A stretch of DNA of 60,417 bases, the filler included, from Dehalococcoidia bacterium (GTDB lineage: Bacteria; Chloroflexota; Dehalococcoidia; DSTF01; RBG-16-68-14), in NCBI GenBank assembly GCA_040882355.1. It is 3 parts of 2 records of this genome, joined end to end, with 100 filler letters (N's around TTAATTAATTAA, not from the genome) between each part and the next. Parts side by side here need not be neighbours in the genome. Positions count along the whole stretch, not along the records: positions 40,626 to 60,417 come from JBBEBM010000044.1; 2 more parts are not named here. One strand, 5' to 3'. The notes below the pieces were generated by a model. The model made no database searches, was not told the origin of the DNA, and saw only the letters and a list, made by a program, of their open reading frames with translations. The translations under genes were made by a program, and so were the position numbers. Shown piece by piece: positions 58,319-60,417 of the stretch (positions are counted from its first letter, which is position 1; each line of letters begins with the position of its first letter).

Positions 58319-60417
58319 GTGCATCAGAACGTACGAAAGTTGACAGTGTGGGCGCTGCTCGTCCTGCCGCTGGTGGCGGTAGGCGTGGCCGTGGCGCTCA
58401 TGGTCACCTGGGGTAGCAACGCTCAGGCCAATACGGTGACTCCGGAGCTGTCCATCGCCGGCGTTGGCCTGAACTGCGACACCGACCCCGCCACGGGCGC
58501 TGGCGCCAAGTGCAACGTGCCCGTAGGCACCATGTTCACAGTCCAAGCAAACGTCGACAAGCTTGCTGGCTTGACCGATGTAGACATGGACACGAACGCC
58601 GGCTACAACGGCTTCCAGATCCGTTTACTCACGTCGGCAGAGCTCACCCTGAAGAACCGGGCAACGCAGACCGAGCTGGGTCCCGCTGCCGGTCGGTTCT
58701 GGCCAGACTGCGGCATTCCGGCGGAGAACAAGGCCGCGAATGACTACCAGTTGGGCTGCAACATCGGCATTGGCGGGGTCGGCTCCATCTACACGGGCAA
58801 GGTAGCCGAGGTCGACTACAACTGCACGACCCAGGGCGCCTTCAGCGTCGCGATGCCCAACGGTGCGGCGCCGAACAGCCACGTGACGAACGAGAGCAAC
58901 GGCGCAGTGCCGGACGGCACTGAGATTGACACGCTCGCCATCAACTGCACGCCGCCTAGCCAGTTGATCAATGTGAACGTGGTGGACGCCGCTGTTCCAG
59001 GCAAGAAGCTGAGCGGCAGCTGCGTCCTGATTGCCGTTGACATGCTGGCCGGTTCGCCGCCCGCGCAGGTCAATCAGCCGATTGACGTGGTCAGCGACAA
59101 CAACGCCAACGCGACTTGCGATGGCATCATCGGCGGTCCGCTGTCCGACTCGAACGCGGCCGTCGGCCGCATCGACGTCAGCATCAGCGGCGCGCTGCGT
59201 ATCCAGAACGGTGACAGCTGGCACGCCCAGCAGGTGGCGACCGATGCGAAGCACCTCGTGGACAACACGAAGTACGCGTGTGACCTGAGTGTGGGCAAGT
59301 GCACCGTCAACATCAGTAATGTCCGCATCGCGGGCAACGGCTTCGTCAACTTCAACGACACCGTGACGGGCCTCCCGCTCGCCGGCCAGTGTGTTGACGT
59401 TTCACCGCCGCTGACCACGATCTGCGACAACAACGTTGCGCCAGGCGCGGCCGGTGCCGACCTGGACCCGGCTGCTGGAGTGATCCACTTCACGCAACCG
59501 ATCGGCGTTTACACGGTTACCTACAACCCGGTAAACCAGCCGAGCGACCGTCTCGTGAAGGCTCCGCTCGCCGTCGCCTGTGACCTGTCGGGTACGAGCA
59601 CGGCGACGCAGACGTGCAACGCCAAGTACAACTTCAACCCGACGATTCCGTTCAACCTGAAGACGCCCACGCTGCAGAACCTGTTCCTGACAGCCCAGGG
59701 CGCCAAGCTGCCGCCGAGCACCTGCGCAGCGAGCACGAACGTCCAGTCGTTCACGCACACGCTGAGCAACGCGCCGACGACAGCCGACCCGAAGGACCCG
59801 TCTTTGATCCAGCAGATCGGTGGATTCGAGATGGACGTCCTCTTCGACGAGGACCTGATCTGCGTGAACCTGGCCGCCGGTGCCTACTTCACCAACACCG
59901 CTGGCGGGACTTGCTTCATCGACGACAAGGATGACGGACTGCAGCCTGACGGCCTGGCCCGCATCGGTTGTGTCGTCTTGGGCAAGCCGACCTCAGTGAG
60001 CAGCTCCCTTGAGCTGGCCGTGATTACGGTCCGCCCGCAGCCGGAGCTCTACTCCCTGATCACAGCAGACCAGGACAACGGCGTTATCGTCCAGGTCCTG
60101 AACTCAGGCTGTAACCTTGCTGACATGCAGGGTCACCCGATCAAGAAGATCGGCTGTGACGACAGCGAACTGACCATCCGCTACCTCGAAGGCGACGTGA
60201 ACGGCGACTGCGCTGTGAACGTGCGCGACGAGCAGCTCTTGGCCTTCCGCTGGGGCGCCAAGATTGGTAGCCTGCTGTACAACGACCGCTTCGACCTGGA
60301 GCCGTCCGGTCAGATCAACAGTGACGGCGACATCGACATCAAGGATGTCCAGTTCGTCTACGGTCGCCATGGCAGCATCTGCACCAAGGCAGGTCTGCCG
60401 CCGCAGACGTGGCCGGC
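58319..60417 (+). CDS. Large secreted Cys-rich protein with C-terminal cohesin plus dockerin; no stop in window, absent from the ORF track
   Basis: SD GGAGG at 58305 and GTG at 58319: [37 protein letters not shown]... Same frame at 60182: YLEGDVNGDCAVNVRDEQLLAFRWG..DLEPSGQINSDGDIDIKDVQFVYGRHGSIC. Confidence 0.88.
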   Translation, partial: MHQNVRKLTVWALLVLPLVAVGVAVALMVTWGSNAQANTVTPELSIAGVGLNCDTDPATGAGAKCNVPVGTMFTVQANVDKLAGLTDVDMDTNAGYNGFQIRLLTSAELTLKNRATQTELGPAAGRFWPDCGIPAENKAANDYQLGCNIGIGGVGSIYTGKVAEVDYNCTTQGAFSVAMPNGAAPNSHVTNESNGAVPDGTEIDTLAINCTPPSQLINVNVVDAAVPGKKLSGSCVLIAVDMLAGSPPAQVNQPIDVVSDNNANATCDGIIGGPLSDSNAAVGRIDVSISGALRIQNGDSWHAQQVATDAKHLVDNTKYACDLSVGKCTVNISNVRIAGNGFVNFNDTVTGLPLAGQCVDVSPPLTTICDNNVAPGAAGADLDPAAGVIHFTQPIGVYTVTYNPVNQPSDRLVKAPLAVACDLSGTSTATQTCNAKYNFNPTIPFNLKTPTLQNLFLTAQGAKLPPSTCAASTNVQSFTHTLSNAPTTADPKDPSLIQQIGGFEMDVLFDEDLICVNLAAGAYFTNTAGGTCFIDDKDDGLQPDGLARIGCVVLGKPTSVSSSLELAVITVRPQPELYSLITADQDNGVIVQVLNSGCNLADMQGHPIKKIGCDDSELTIRYLEGDVNGDCAVNVRDEQLLAFRWGAKIGSLLYNDRFDLEPSGQINSDGDIDIKDVQFVYGRHGSICTKAGLPPQTWP

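Overview
High-GC bacterial DNA, most likely from a Chloroflexota (Dehalococcoidia-like) genome bin. This taxonomy is inferred from gene content: class V FBP aldolase/phosphatase, flexitail/dockerin-type surface proteins and cohesin-rich proteins. The window is three contigs joined by artificial 100-bp N/TTAATTAATTAA spacers (17309-17408, 40526-40625), so synteny across those points is not biological. Contig 1 carries vapBC, citrate synthase, FBP aldolase/phosphatase, a tlyA-nadK-argA-like-NUDIX operon, an MFS transporter, an SLT-like protein, a deleted surface-protein remnant, a RelE-like TA pair, a PEP-utilizer, an S8 protease with a dockerin-like tail, and Pro/Thr-rich surface proteins. Contig 2 carries mch plus an mcd-like gene (ethylmalonyl-CoA pathway), Crp, DUF2961/GH172 with stacked copies of its 3' end, a prolyl oligopeptidase, a Rieske protein, a Zn/Mn ABC operon with a triple operator, a 3.35-kb cargo-carrying IS1-family element with perfect 17-bp terminal inverted repeats, a GNAT pair with tandem paralog cassettes, a sirtuin, a CaCA antiporter and MarR-DHA2. 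Contig 3 carries a DNA methyltransferase-MORC ATPase-unknown operon (candidate defence system), sodN/sodX and an orphan nuoB. It ends with the main finding: a >12-kb cellulosome-like but non-cellulolytic surface-assembly locus. That locus has a six-cohesin scaffoldin with a dockerin and LPATG anchor, two dockerin-bearing partner proteins, and a cohesin-dockerin protein missed by the ORF track. Its dockerins fall into two apparent specificity classes. No rRNA, tRNA or CRISPR array was seen. All family assignments are from motif recognition, not database searches.
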